The notes under the pieces: model-generated
The model's database searches: none
What the model saw: only the letters and a program-made list of their open reading frames with translations
What the model was told of the DNA's origin: nothing
Program-made: the position numbers and the translations under genes
NCBI GenBank assembly: GCA_963662465.1
Contig: OY759599.1
Span: 6,912,001 to 6,976,000 of the forward strand
Length of the DNA: 64,000 nt
Direction: 5' to 3'
Source of the DNA: Desulfatiglandales bacterium
GTDB taxonomy: Bacteria; Desulfobacterota; DSM-4660; Desulfatiglandales; Desulfatiglandaceae
Shown here: piece after piece, positions 28,603 through 38,285 of the stretch
Layout: each line of letters starts with the position of its first letter
How positions within the stretch are numbered: position 1 is the first letter of the stretch

Positions 28603-31053
28603 ATGACTCAGTTTAATTATATCGGCGCCGAAGTTCCCAGACCCGATGCCCCTGACAAAGCGGCCGGCAAGGCCATTTATATTCACGATCTTGAGCGGCC
28701 CGGCATGCTCTACGGCAAGATCAAATTCAGCGATTATGCCCACGCCAGGATTAAACATATCGATACCTCCAGGGCCGAAAAACTTCCCGGGGTTCGTGCG
28801 GTCATTACCGGCTACAATACGCCGGAGATCCGCATTGGGTTTATCAAGGACAATTTTACTCTGAAACGGGACAAGGTCAGGCAGTTCCGGGATGAAGTGG
28901 CGGCCGTTGCGGCCACCGATCCGGATATCGCCGCCGAGGCCGTCAGTTTGATCCGGGTGGAATACGAGGAACTCCCCGGGATTTTTTCGCCCACCGAGGC
29001 CCTCGGGGAAGACTCGCCCATTGTCCATGAAATCGATTTGAAGGGGAGGCCCAAGACGGACAACAGGGTTCCCGTGCCGTGGAAATTTGTCGCCGGGGAT
29101 GTGGAAAAGGCCAAGGAAACCGCCGCCTACCTGGTGGAGGAAGATTACACAACCCCTTTGATACAGCAGTCCTGTATGGGAACAGCGGGGTGCATTGCCG
29201 AGTTTGACCTGTCCAGTAATCTGATCATCCATACCAAAACCCAGATTCCCTTCCTGGCCCAGAACGATTTCAATCAGGCCCTTCGAGATATGGGTCTCAA
29301 AGGCAAAAGAAGCCGGGTGATTATTCCGACCCTGGGGGGATCATTCGGCAGCGGTCTTGACACCCACGCGTATGAATTCATCTCCATTCTTCTGGCCTAC
29401 AGGACCGGGAGACCGGTCAAGATCGTCTTGAACCGTGAAGAAGAATTCACGGCCCTCTCACCCCGTCAGCCCACGGAAACCCACATCATCCAGGGATGCG
29501 ACAAAAATGGAAAAATGGTGGTGCGGGAGATTCGGATGGTGCTGGACAACGGCGCCTATACCTCCTGGGGGGCCACCACGCCCAGCGTTATGATGATTCC
29601 CGCATCTTCCATTTACCGGGTGCCCAATGTATTGTTCAAGACCGACATCGTTTACACCAACAACACCTATTGTCAGGCTATGAGAGGATACGGCAATCCT
29701 CAGGTGGCCTGGGCCATGGAAAGCAATATGGACCAACTGGCCGAGGCTGCGGGCATTGATCCCTTTGAATTTCGGATGATCAACCGCAACATCCCCAACG
29801 AGACCACCCCCATGGGTCTCAAGGTGTCCACCTGCGGCATGAAGGAATGTCTGGAATCGGTGGCGGAAAAGCTGGATTGGAAGTCCATCTGTGGAAAGAG
29901 TGATTTGAAGCGCGGGTCCATCGATACCTGCACCACCCTTATGGGCAGCACGCCGGCAAAGGCGAAAGGCGTGGGTATGGCGGCCCTGTTTCATGTGGGC
30001 GGTTCGGGCCGGGTTTACCGGTCGGACGGTTCCGGCATCATTCTGAAAATTGATGATTTCGGCGATGTTTCAGTGGTGTCCGGCGGTGTTGAGATGGGGC
30101 AGGGCTTTGATTCGGCTCTGGCCCTGGCCACGGCGGAGGCCCTGGGGGTCAGTGTGGATCATGTAAAGGTGGTAACGGGGGATACGGCTACCTGCCCCTG
30201 GGATGTGGGGACCCATGCCAGTCGCGGGGCCTTTACCTCCTGCAACGCCGCCATCATGGCCGCGGACAAGGCCCGGAAAAAGATTTTCAACCTGGCCAGC
30301 GAGCATTTTATGCTCCGCATCAAGGGCCGCATGAAAAAAATGAAACGGAAGGACCCGGATTTCGAGATTCCCGATTTGCGTTATGAAGCGATATTTGATC
30401 CTTCTGATTTTGATATGAAGGAAAATCGTATTTTTCTGAAATCAAAACCCGATGATCCCATCCTTCATGTGACCCTGGAAGAAATCCTGCGGGCCGCCCA
30501 CTACAAGGAGCAGGGCGCCATGGTCATCGAGGAAGCCTTTTATGACCCCCCGAACCAGATGCTGGATGCCCGAACCGGTCGCGGCAACATGAGTTCCACC
30601 TATATCGTCGGTGCTCAAGGGGCCTGTGTGGAGGTGGATCTGGAAACGGGTAAGGTGGAGATCTTGAAAATCGCGGCGGCCCATGACGTGGGGCAGGTGT
30701 TGAACCGGCAGACCATCAAGGGTCAGATTTACGGCGCTCTGGCCCAGGGCATCGGGTATGCCCTTTCCGAGGAGTACAAAACCCGGGAGGGTCGGAATTT
30801 GAATCCCAATTTTCTGGATTATAAGATCCTGTCGGCGCCCGATCTGAATTTTCCCATCGAGATAGACTGTATTGAAACCCACGACAAGACAGGTCCTTTC
30901 GGCGCCAAGGGGGTGGGGGAACCGGGGCTGGTGCCCACGGCGCCCGCCATTGCCAATGCCGTTTACGATGCCATCGGCGTCCGTATTCGGGATCTGCCCA
31001 TTACGCCGGAGAAGATCCTGGCGGCCCTGGATGAGAAGAGAAGAAAGAGATAA
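28603..31053 (+). CDS. Xanthine dehydrogenase family molybdopterin-binding subunit
   Basis: LGGSFG, AMRGYG, EMGQG, THASR and GAKGVGE (catalytic Glu) motifs. Confidence 0.93.
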   Translation: MTQFNYIGAEVPRPDAPDKAAGKAIYIHDLERPGMLYGKIKFSDYAHARIKHIDTSRAEKLPGVRAVITGYNTPEIRIGFIKDNFTLKRDKVRQFRDEVAAVAATDPDIAAEAVSLIRVEYEELPGIFSPTEALGEDSPIVHEIDLKGRPKTDNRVPVPWKFVAGDVEKAKETAAYLVEEDYTTPLIQQSCMGTAGCIAEFDLSSNLIIHTKTQIPFLAQNDFNQALRDMGLKGKRSRVIIPTLGGSFGSGLDTHAYEFISILLAYRTGRPVKIVLNREEEFTALSPRQPTETHIIQGCDKNGKMVVREIRMVLDNGAYTSWGATTPSVMMIPASSIYRVPNVLFKTDIVYTNNTYCQAMRGYGNPQVAWAMESNMDQLAEAAGIDPFEFRMINRNIPNETTPMGLKVSTCGMKECLESVAEKLDWKSICGKSDLKRGSIDTCTTLMGSTPAKAKGVGMAALFHVGGSGRVYRSDGSGIILKIDDFGDVSVVSGGVEMGQGFDSALALATAEALGVSVDHVKVVTGDTATCPWDVGTHASRGAFTSCNAAIMAADKARKKIFNLASEHFMLRIKGRMKKMKRKDPDFEIPDLRYEAIFDPSDFDMKENRIFLKSKPDDPILHVTLEEILRAAHYKEQGAMVIEEAFYDPPNQMLDARTGRGNMSSTYIVGAQGACVEVDLETGKVEILKIAAAHDVGQVLNRQTIKGQIYGALAQGIGYALSEEYKTREGRNLNPNFLDYKILSAPDLNFPIEIDCIETHDKTGPFGAKGVGEPGLVPTAPAIANAVYDAIGVRIRDLPITPEKILAALDEKRRKR

Positions 31054-31128
31054 GGGGGCAGGGGGCAGGGGGCAGGAACAACTTTCCATTGAGAACCTTG
31101 CACCCTGCACCCTGAACCTTACACCCTT
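31054..31128. repeat. Two facing heptameric arrays: (GGGGGCA)3 and AACCTTG-(CACCCTG)2-AACCTTA-CACCCTT
   Basis: Read directly between the Mo-subunit stop and the hydantoinase RBS. Confidence 0.8.
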
Positions 31129-31142
31129 CACAGGAGGCATGC

Positions 31143-33239
31143 ATGTCTGATAAAATATACCGGTTGGGGTGTGATATCGGCGGAACCTTTACCGATTTTG
31201 TGTTGCTCAATGACCGGACCGGGGAACTCACCATCAATAAGTGTCTGACCACGCCGAAGGACCCTTCGGATGCGGTGGAATACGGCATAAGGCAACTGGA
31301 TAAGATGGTCCCCGGTTTTGTTAAGTGTCTGGATGAGGTGATCCATGGCACTACCCTGGTGATCAATTCCATCATCGAACGAAAGGGCGCCAGAACGGGC
31401 CTCATTACCACCCGGGGGTTCCGGGATGTGCTGGAATTGGGCCGGGAGATCCGGTATGCGCCCTACGATGTGTTCGCCGAATTTCCAAAACCCCTCATTC
31501 CCCGCAGCCTTCGGTTTGAGCTGGATGAACGGCTGAGAAGCGACGGCACGGTGTTGAAACCCCTGGACCCTGATGAAGCGCGAAAAGTGGTGCGGCAAAT
31601 GCTTCAAATGGGTGTGGAATCCATTGCGGTGTGTCTCCTCAATTCCTTTGAAAATCCGGCTCACGAACAGATGGTTAAGGACATTGTTCTGGAAGAAGCC
31701 CCGGATATTTCCGTGTGTATTTCCTATGAAGTACTGCCCCAGATCCGGGAGTATGAGCGGACCAGCACCACGGCCACCAATGCCTATGTGAAGCCGCTCA
31801 CCGGGAAATATCTGTACAAACTGGCGGGGCGCCTGGAAAGTCTGGGGTCTACGGGCAAGCTGTTTATCATGCTGAGTAGCGGCGGCATTACCTCCATCAA
31901 GACCGCGGCTGAATTTCCCGTGCGGATCATCGAGTCAGGTCCCACGGCGGCGGTCATCTCCGGCCAGTATTACGGCAAGCTGTTCGATATCCGTGAAATC
32001 TTCTGTTTCGATATGGGGGGCACCACCGCTAAATCGTGTCTCATTCAGGGAGGCGTTGCCAGCGTGGTGCCCACCTTTGAAGTGGGGCGGGTGCAGCGGT
32101 TCATGAAGGGGAGCGGCCTGACTATTCAGGTGCCGGTGGTGGATCTTATGGAAATCGGGGCCGGCGGGGGCAGCATAGCGCAAGCGAGCAAGCTGGGCAC
32201 TCTTCAGGTGGGGCCTGAAAGTTCCAGCGCTGAACCGGGTCCCATTTGCTATGGCAGGGGAGGGTCGGCGCCCTGCGTTACCGATGCGGACCTGGCCCTG
32301 GGATATTTGGATGCGGATTATTTCCTGGGCGGCGAGATGAAACTGGATAAAGAGGCCGCCATGAAAGGGATCGAAACAGCCATTGCCCTGCCCTTGCAGG
32401 TCACCCCCGTGCAGGCCATGTGGGGCATTCATGATCTCATCAATGAAACCATGGCGGGTGCTGCCAAGACCCACATTGCCGAAAAGGGGGGCAACCCCAG
32501 CCAGGTAACGGTCATTGCCTTCGGGGGGGCCGGACCCGTGCATGCTTACGGGCTCACCAAGAAACTGGGCGCCAAACGATTGATTGTGCCGCCCAATGCG
32601 GGCGTGGGGTCGGCCCTCGGGTTTTTTACGGCCCCCAGGGCCTTTGATCTGGTGCGAAGTCACAAAAGCGCTCTAATGGATGCGGATTTCGGTGAAATCG
32701 AAAAGATTTTTGTGAATATGGAAACCGAAGGGGCCAGAACCCTGGAAGCGGGCGGGGAAACCGAAGGAATCCGGTTTGACCGGTCCGTGGATGTTCGGTT
32801 TGTGGGCCAGGGATCGGAAACCAATGTCCGGGTTCCCGAAGGGGATTTTGCCGGCATCGATCCCGCGGATATTCGCCAACGGTTTGACCGGGTCTATGAA
32901 AAGCTCTATGGACGGACCTATCCCGATTCCGCGGTGGAGTTTATCAACTTCAAGGTGCGGGCCAGCCTGCCCGAGCGCCTGTTGAAACTGCCCGAACTCA
33001 AAAAAAGCGATCATACCCTGTCCGATGCGGTCAAAGGGGAACGTCCGGCATTTTCAGGTATTAAAAAGGACTTCATTCCCCATACGGTCTATGACCGTTA
33101 CAAGTTGAATGCGGGTGCGGTCTTTCGAGGTCCGGCCATTATTGAAGAACGGGAATCAACGGTCATCGTGGGTGAGGATGCAGCTGTTTCCGTGGATCAA
33201 TACGGGTTTTTGTGGATTGAACTGGATGGTCAGAATTAA
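31143..33239 (+). CDS. Hydantoinase A / oxoprolinase family (ATP-binding) subunit
   Basis: DIGGTFTD, HGTT, EYERTSTT, DMGGTT, IGAGGGS and AFGGAG motifs. Confidence 0.93.
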   Translation: MSDKIYRLGCDIGGTFTDFVLLNDRTGELTINKCLTTPKDPSDAVEYGIRQLDKMVPGFVKCLDEVIHGTTLVINSIIERKGARTGLITTRGFRDVLELGREIRYAPYDVFAEFPKPLIPRSLRFELDERLRSDGTVLKPLDPDEARKVVRQMLQMGVESIAVCLLNSFENPAHEQMVKDIVLEEAPDISVCISYEVLPQIREYERTSTTATNAYVKPLTGKYLYKLAGRLESLGSTGKLFIMLSSGGITSIKTAAEFPVRIIESGPTAAVISGQYYGKLFDIREIFCFDMGGTTAKSCLIQGGVASVVPTFEVGRVQRFMKGSGLTIQVPVVDLMEIGAGGGSIAQASKLGTLQVGPESSSAEPGPICYGRGGSAPCVTDADLALGYLDADYFLGGEMKLDKEAAMKGIETAIALPLQVTPVQAMWGIHDLINETMAGAAKTHIAEKGGNPSQVTVIAFGGAGPVHAYGLTKKLGAKRLIVPPNAGVGSALGFFTAPRAFDLVRSHKSALMDADFGEIEKIFVNMETEGARTLEAGGETEGIRFDRSVDVRFVGQGSETNVRVPEGDFAGIDPADIRQRFDRVYEKLYGRTYPDSAVEFINFKVRASLPERLLKLPELKKSDHTLSDAVKGERPAFSGIKKDFIPHTVYDRYKLNAGAVFRGPAIIEERESTVIVGEDAAVSVDQYGFLWIELDGQN

Positions 33240-33249
33240 GGAGGAAACC

Positions 33250-34974
33250 ATGGGGCAACACTTTGATCCCATTACCATCGAAATACTCTGGCGACGTCTT
33301 ATCTCCATTGTGGATGAAGCCGACAGCGCCGTTTCGCGTACGGCTTTCTCAAGCCTCTTAAGGGACGCCCACGACTACACCTGCATGTTTACGGACCGCA
33401 AGGGGCGGGAACTGGCTCAGGGGTCCTTTGCCACGCCGGGTCAGTCGGGGGCCATGGCCCTCGGCATCAAGAAACTGGTGACCCAGATCCCCGTGGACAG
33501 TTACCATGAAGGTGACGTCTACATCACCAACGACCCGTGGGCACTGGCCGGCCATTTGAATGATGTGTGCGTCTTCAGCCCCATCTTTCACGAGGGAAAG
33601 TTGACGGCTTTTACGGCGTGCGTGTTTCACCATTCCGATATCGGCGGACGGGTGGCATCCGACAATCACGATGTGTTTGAAGACGGCCTTTTTATTCCTC
33701 TGGTGAAGCTCTATGACCGGGATATCCTCAACGATTCGGTGGTGGAGATGATCAAGTGGAATGTGCGGACCCCGGACGAGGTGATAGGCGATATCCGAAG
33801 TCAGATCGCGGCCAACCATGTGTGTGCGGAAAAGATCAATCAGATGTTGGATGAATATCAGCTGGAGGGGCTGGACGACCTGGCAGATGAAATCATCAGC
33901 CGCACGGAAAAAAGCATGCGGGAAGCCATATTGAAGGTCCCGGACGGCGTATATAAGGCGGAAGGAACCATTGAGCAGATGGCGGGCAAGGACGACATCA
34001 TCATCAAGGCCGCCGTTCATGTGAAGGACAGCGATATCCTGGTGGATCTGGCGGGGTCTTCCTCCCAGGTGGACTGGGGGGGGAACGTGGTGTTCAATTT
34101 TACCTACGCCTATGTTTTCATGGCCATGAAGAGCATGTTTGATCCCTATATTCCCAACAACGACGGCTGTACCGTCCCCATTGCCATGCAGGCCCCTTTG
34201 GGAAGTGTTGTCAACTGTAAATTCCCGGCGGCGGTTGCCGCCCGCATGCAGATCGGGCATTTCGTGACTGAGGTCATTTACCGGGCCATGGCGGATGTGC
34301 TGCCGGATCGGGTGATTGCCGGAAGCGGGGGAACCCCCGCCAACATGAATGTGCTCTATGGTCGGCACGGCGATGGCCGGCCCTGGCATTCGGTGCGAAT
34401 CCGCGGCGGCGGCATGGGCGCCAGTTCCCGGGCTGACGGCAATTACGTCTTCATATTTCCCGCCAACGGAGCCAACACCCCGGTGGAAATCTTTGAGAGC
34501 GATACCCCTCTCATCGTGGAAAAACGGGAACTGATGACGGATTCAGGGGGTATCGGCCGCATGAAGGGCGGCCTGGGACGGCGGATGGTGTTGAGAATCC
34601 CCGACGATGCATACGCCCCCCTTCCGCCGGTGAACTTAGGGATTCAGTCCGGGCGACATCAATATGCGGCGGAAGGTCTCTTTGGCGGCGGCAAAGGCGC
34701 CAAAGCCGCGTTTCTGGTGAACGGCAAACCCGGTAACCCTTACGGCCTCAGCCAGTTGAAGCCGGGGGATGTGGTGACCATCGACGCAGCCGGCGGCGGC
34801 GGATACGGGGATCCGCTTACGCGGGAAGTGGCGCGGGTGGAAGCGGATGTTCGGGACGGGTATGTGAGTCTGGAAGTGGCTGAAAAGAGTTACGGCGTGA
34901 TTATTGATCCCGCCACCGGCCTTGCCGATGGTGCGGCTACAGAGACAAAGCGGGCGGCCATGAGATTGCGGTAA
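33250..34974 (+). CDS. Hydantoinase B / oxoprolinase family subunit
   Basis: RTAFS, NDPW..GHLND, HHSDIGG and GGGGYGDP motifs; RBS before ATG 33250. Confidence 0.93.
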   Translation: MGQHFDPITIEILWRRLISIVDEADSAVSRTAFSSLLRDAHDYTCMFTDRKGRELAQGSFATPGQSGAMALGIKKLVTQIPVDSYHEGDVYITNDPWALAGHLNDVCVFSPIFHEGKLTAFTACVFHHSDIGGRVASDNHDVFEDGLFIPLVKLYDRDILNDSVVEMIKWNVRTPDEVIGDIRSQIAANHVCAEKINQMLDEYQLEGLDDLADEIISRTEKSMREAILKVPDGVYKAEGTIEQMAGKDDIIIKAAVHVKDSDILVDLAGSSSQVDWGGNVVFNFTYAYVFMAMKSMFDPYIPNNDGCTVPIAMQAPLGSVVNCKFPAAVAARMQIGHFVTEVIYRAMADVLPDRVIAGSGGTPANMNVLYGRHGDGRPWHSVRIRGGGMGASSRADGNYVFIFPANGANTPVEIFESDTPLIVEKRELMTDSGGIGRMKGGLGRRMVLRIPDDAYAPLPPVNLGIQSGRHQYAAEGLFGGGKGAKAAFLVNGKPGNPYGLSQLKPGDVVTIDAAGGGGYGDPLTREVARVEADVRDGYVSLEVAEKSYGVIIDPATGLADGAATETKRAAMRLR

Positions 34975-35040
34975 AGACCGGTTTAACGGAAGAAGAAATG
35001 TTTGTATTGCGGCGGGATGTTGTGGAAATCAATTCGCGGT

Positions 35041-36123
35041 TCAATTCATGAGGTTCCTTACAAATTCGGCGATCTGTTCCGCGCCGTTCGGTCCTTCCCG
35101 CTGAATGCGGGGAATTGCCGGCAGACGGGGAATAGCGGTCGCCCATTCCCCTGTCCGGAAGTGCTCTTCCTTGATGGCAAAACCGCTCATGTGTTTTTCG
35201 ATGTAGTCCGCCAGAATATCGGATTCCCGAAAATTCGACCGTTTGATGAATCCAAAGGGGATACCTTCATGATAGATCTCGGCAAGCGTACTGTACCCGA
35301 CTTTTCCGATGACCCCGTCGGCTGCGGCAATGAGATCCGGATGAAAGAACGCGGATTGATGCGGCAGGCTGATCCGGCGATCATGGATCTTAAATGAACG
35401 GTCTGCTCCGGGAATCACCAGGTAGAGATCTTCCGGCAGGGTCAGCGTTTCCATGAAACCATAGTTTTCGGGAACGCCGCCCATGGTCATGAGCAGGAGC
35501 CTGGCGCCGTTCGGTATACCCAGCCGCCACCGGATTTCGTGCCTGTCGCTCCTTGGACTCCGGCTCACGGGGGCGACCGTGAGATCAACCGCACCGGACG
35601 CACATGCGGGCTGCGTCTGCACATGGTAACTTGCCTGACGGAAAAGGGACTTCAGGTAGTCCGCGTGTCGCCTCAAGCCATTCTGAACAGCGAAGTATTC
35701 TTCATAAACCCAGTCCCAGGTAAAATTTTCCACCAGAACGGAAGGTACGCCAGCTTCATGGGCAACGGCAATACCCATGGGTGCAATGTCACAGATCACC
35801 AGTAAGCAGTCCATCCGCCTAATCTGTTTAGACTGCTCCCGGATCATCTCCGTCTCAAAAGGGATGAAGCGGTCGAGTTGCTCGACGGTTCCCGGAAGAT
35901 CCGCGTGCAGGGATGTCTTCTGAACCAGCCCGATATCCGTCAATAGGGGGTGATGGGAGAAGCCGTACCCGATGGAGTCTTCAAAAAACCAAGGGGGAAC
36001 CGTTGTAAAGATCTCGAAATGAATCCGGGGATCTGTTTTGTGGAGAGCGGCCATGACGGCTGAGGCTCTGGCGGCGTGTCCGAACCCGTGGGGGGAGATG
36101 AAGTAGGCGATCCGTTTATCCAT
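35041..36123 (-). CDS. GT-B glycosyltransferase-like protein (resembles arabinokinase N-terminal domain)
   Basis: YFISPHGFGHAAR, NFTWD and IGKVGYST motifs. Confidence 0.65.
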   Translation of the reverse strand: MDKRIAYFISPHGFGHAARASAVMAALHKTDPRIHFEIFTTVPPWFFEDSIGYGFSHHPLLTDIGLVQKTSLHADLPGTVEQLDRFIPFETEMIREQSKQIRRMDCLLVICDIAPMGIAVAHEAGVPSVLVENFTWDWVYEEYFAVQNGLRRHADYLKSLFRQASYHVQTQPACASGAVDLTVAPVSRSPRSDRHEIRWRLGIPNGARLLLMTMGGVPENYGFMETLTLPEDLYLVIPGADRSFKIHDRRISLPHQSAFFHPDLIAAADGVIGKVGYSTLAEIYHEGIPFGFIKRSNFRESDILADYIEKHMSGFAIKEEHFRTGEWATAIPRLPAIPRIQREGPNGAEQIAEFVRNLMN

Positions 36124-36184
36124 TTTATCCGACCTGTGGCGTTTGTCTGAATTGGTTCCCAGCAATATTTAGCGCGGAAAATAT

Positions 36185-36769
36185 TCATTGCCGGGGAAAT
36201 ACTTGGCTCAAGTCCACGCTGAAATCCGGCAGAACATTTACGTCAATCACTTCCTCTTCCGAACAAACTTGAAATAGCGAATACCCACCGTCTTTGCCGA
36301 TTCTGTAAATATGGACCAGCCTGTAGGTGGGATCCACCAGCCAGTATTCTTTTACCCCGTGTTTTTCATAAAGTCTTCGTTTCTGGATATGATCCCGGGA
36401 AGCCGTGGAAGGTGAAATGATTTCGATGATCCAGTCCGGCGTTCCCCGACACCCCCGATCGTCAACTTTTTTTTCGTCGCAGATGACTGAAATATCCGGT
36501 TGTACGACGGTTTTCCAGTTTTTATCACTAATATCCGGCGTTCCCAGTCGAACGTCAAAGGGAGCGGCAAAAACTTCACACCCTTTATCCTCTACATGGT
36601 TGTAAATCATGCTGAAAAGGGCGCCGGATATACGTTGGTGTGCGGTTGTGGGGGCAGGCGACATGCCGTAGGCCACGCCTTCAATGATTTCCCACCGGGC
36701 CTCATTTGTCCAGGTGAGATAATCCTCATAGGTATAGCGGGCATCGGTTTTTAGCGACGGCGACGGCAT
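36185..36769 (-). CDS. Uma2 family endonuclease
   Basis: MSPAP..HQ, VQPDISVIC, PDWIIEIISPST and GVKEYWLVDP motifs. Confidence 0.92.
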   Translation of the reverse strand: MPSPSLKTDARYTYEDYLTWTNEARWEIIEGVAYGMSPAPTTAHQRISGALFSMIYNHVEDKGCEVFAAPFDVRLGTPDISDKNWKTVVQPDISVICDEKKVDDRGCRGTPDWIIEIISPSTASRDHIQKRRLYEKHGVKEYWLVDPTYRLVHIYRIGKDGGYSLFQVCSEEEVIDVNVLPDFSVDLSQVFPRQ

Positions 36770-37096
36770 GGGATTTCCTCCTGCCGGAAAAACATTTTTT
36801 TAAACGATTCAGCGAAATTTCTTAAAAATACTAACGTAGATTCTGTTCCTTGTAAAGGGCTTTGGGTGGGCCTTTCCGAGCATCCTTCATTTCTCGGTTT
36901 ACAGTTCCGGTTTTCCAATCATTTAAACAGCGTAAACTACTTTTTGCGCCTCATGAAGGATGCCGTAAAATTCTTGACAAATCGGGAACTTTTAGCGAAT
37001 AATTTTGTAAATGCATTAAATGAAAGATGACAGGAGGGTGGCGAAGCCTCCCTTATCAACAGGTTCCAGCAATACCGGATCACAGGGAGGGTAAAT

Positions 37097-37996
37097 ATGC
37101 CAAAAAGAAGATTAATCAGCTTTGACTGGGCTATGAAGAAGCTCCTGCGGAGCAAGGCCAATTTCGAAATTTTGGAAGGTTTTCTCAGTGAACTCCTGAA
37201 AGAGGATATTCATATCCTTGAAATTCTTGAAAGCGAGAGCAACAAGGAAACCCCCATCGACAAATTCAACCGCGTCGATCTTAAAGTTAAAAATCAAAAA
37301 AATGAAATCATTATCATTGAAGTTCAATATGAATGCGAGTTTGACTACCTGCAACGAATTCTATTCGGCACATCCAAAGTCGTCACTGAGCATATCAACA
37401 AAAAAGAAACCTATGCAAATGTCGTCAAAGTGATATCCGTCAACATCCTTTACTTTGATTTAGGACATGGAGAAGACTATGTATATCATGGTGTTACGTT
37501 CTTTAAAGGCTTGCACAAACAGGATATCCTGCAACTTTCCGCTGATCAGCAAAAACTTTATAAAAGGGATAAAATCCATGAGATATTCCCGGAATACTAT
37601 TTAATCAAGGTGAATAATTTCAACGACGTGGCCAAAGACAGCCTTGATGAATGGATATATTTTCTTAAAAATGAAGAGATAAAAGAAGATTTTAAAGGCA
37701 AGGGGCTTAAAAAAGCCAAAGCGGAACTCGATATTTTGAAACTTCCGGAAAATGAACGTATTGATTACGAAAGATATCAGGAGGATCTTCGTTACCAGGC
37801 GAGCATGGTTGAATCGTCCTACACCATCGGCATGATGAAAGGCGAAGAAAAAGGGATCGAAAAAGGGATTGAGCAAGGTGGTAAAAAGAAAGCCATGGAA
37901 ATCGCAAAAAATCTGATGGGCTTGCTGGATACGGCAACAATTGCCGCGAATACCGGTTTGACGGAAGAGGAAATTATGGTATTGCGGCGGGAATAG
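37097..37996 (+). CDS. Rpn family recombination-promoting nuclease / PD-(D/E)XK putative transposase
   Basis: FDWAMKKLL, RVDL..IIEVQ; C-terminal GEEKGIEKGIEQG..IAKNL..TGL. Confidence 0.88.
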   Translation: MPKRRLISFDWAMKKLLRSKANFEILEGFLSELLKEDIHILEILESESNKETPIDKFNRVDLKVKNQKNEIIIIEVQYECEFDYLQRILFGTSKVVTEHINKKETYANVVKVISVNILYFDLGHGEDYVYHGVTFFKGLHKQDILQLSADQQKLYKRDKIHEIFPEYYLIKVNNFNDVAKDSLDEWIYFLKNEEIKEDFKGKGLKKAKAELDILKLPENERIDYERYQEDLRYQASMVESSYTIGMMKGEEKGIEKGIEQGGKKKAMEIAKNLMGLLDTATIAANTGLTEEEIMVLRRE

Positions 37997-38107
37997 ATGA
38001 GGTTTGGGATGATGTCTAAACCGGGTGATTTCGTGGGGGTACTTTTTCCCTATTCCGACTTGACAACCAAGAAAAGACGTCCGGTTTTGGTTTTGACGGC
38101 GCCTGAC
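37996..38107 (+). pseudogene. 5' fragment of a PemK/MazF toxin gene (diverged copy of 42221-42331)
   Basis: Near-identical DNA encoding KPGDFVGVLFPYSDLTTKKRRPVLVLTAPD, then breaks off. Confidence 0.85.
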
Positions 38108-38145
38108 GGGATGGGGTATATGTCATTATTGGCCTCCTCTCCATT

Positions 38146-38185
38146 TTGAACACGATTCACAGGATTTAACACGATGAACAGGATT
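38146..38185. repeat. ~9-nt-period repeat arm (reverse complement of 43501-43540)
   Basis: TTGAACACGATTCACAGGATTTAACACGATGAACAGGATT. Confidence 0.85.
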
Positions 38186-38239
38186 GGAATACAACGTTCT
38201 GACTCCTTCTAAGTGATTTTTATGATTGGCCATATTGAT

Positions 38240-38285
38240 GGACGCAGAGCGTCCGAAGTGCGTTCCCACGCGGAGCATGGGAACG
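38240..38285. repeat. REP-like double hairpin forming the 5' exon of the intron
   Basis: GGACGC-AGA-GCGTCC and CGTTCCCACGC-GGA-GCATGGGAACG. Confidence 0.8.

Noticed and set aside
5316..34389. Long antisense ORFs (e.g. 5316-6146, 17477-18802, 18414-19427, 33358-34389)
   Set aside because: These are shadows of well-supported genes on the opposite strand, as expected from codon bias.
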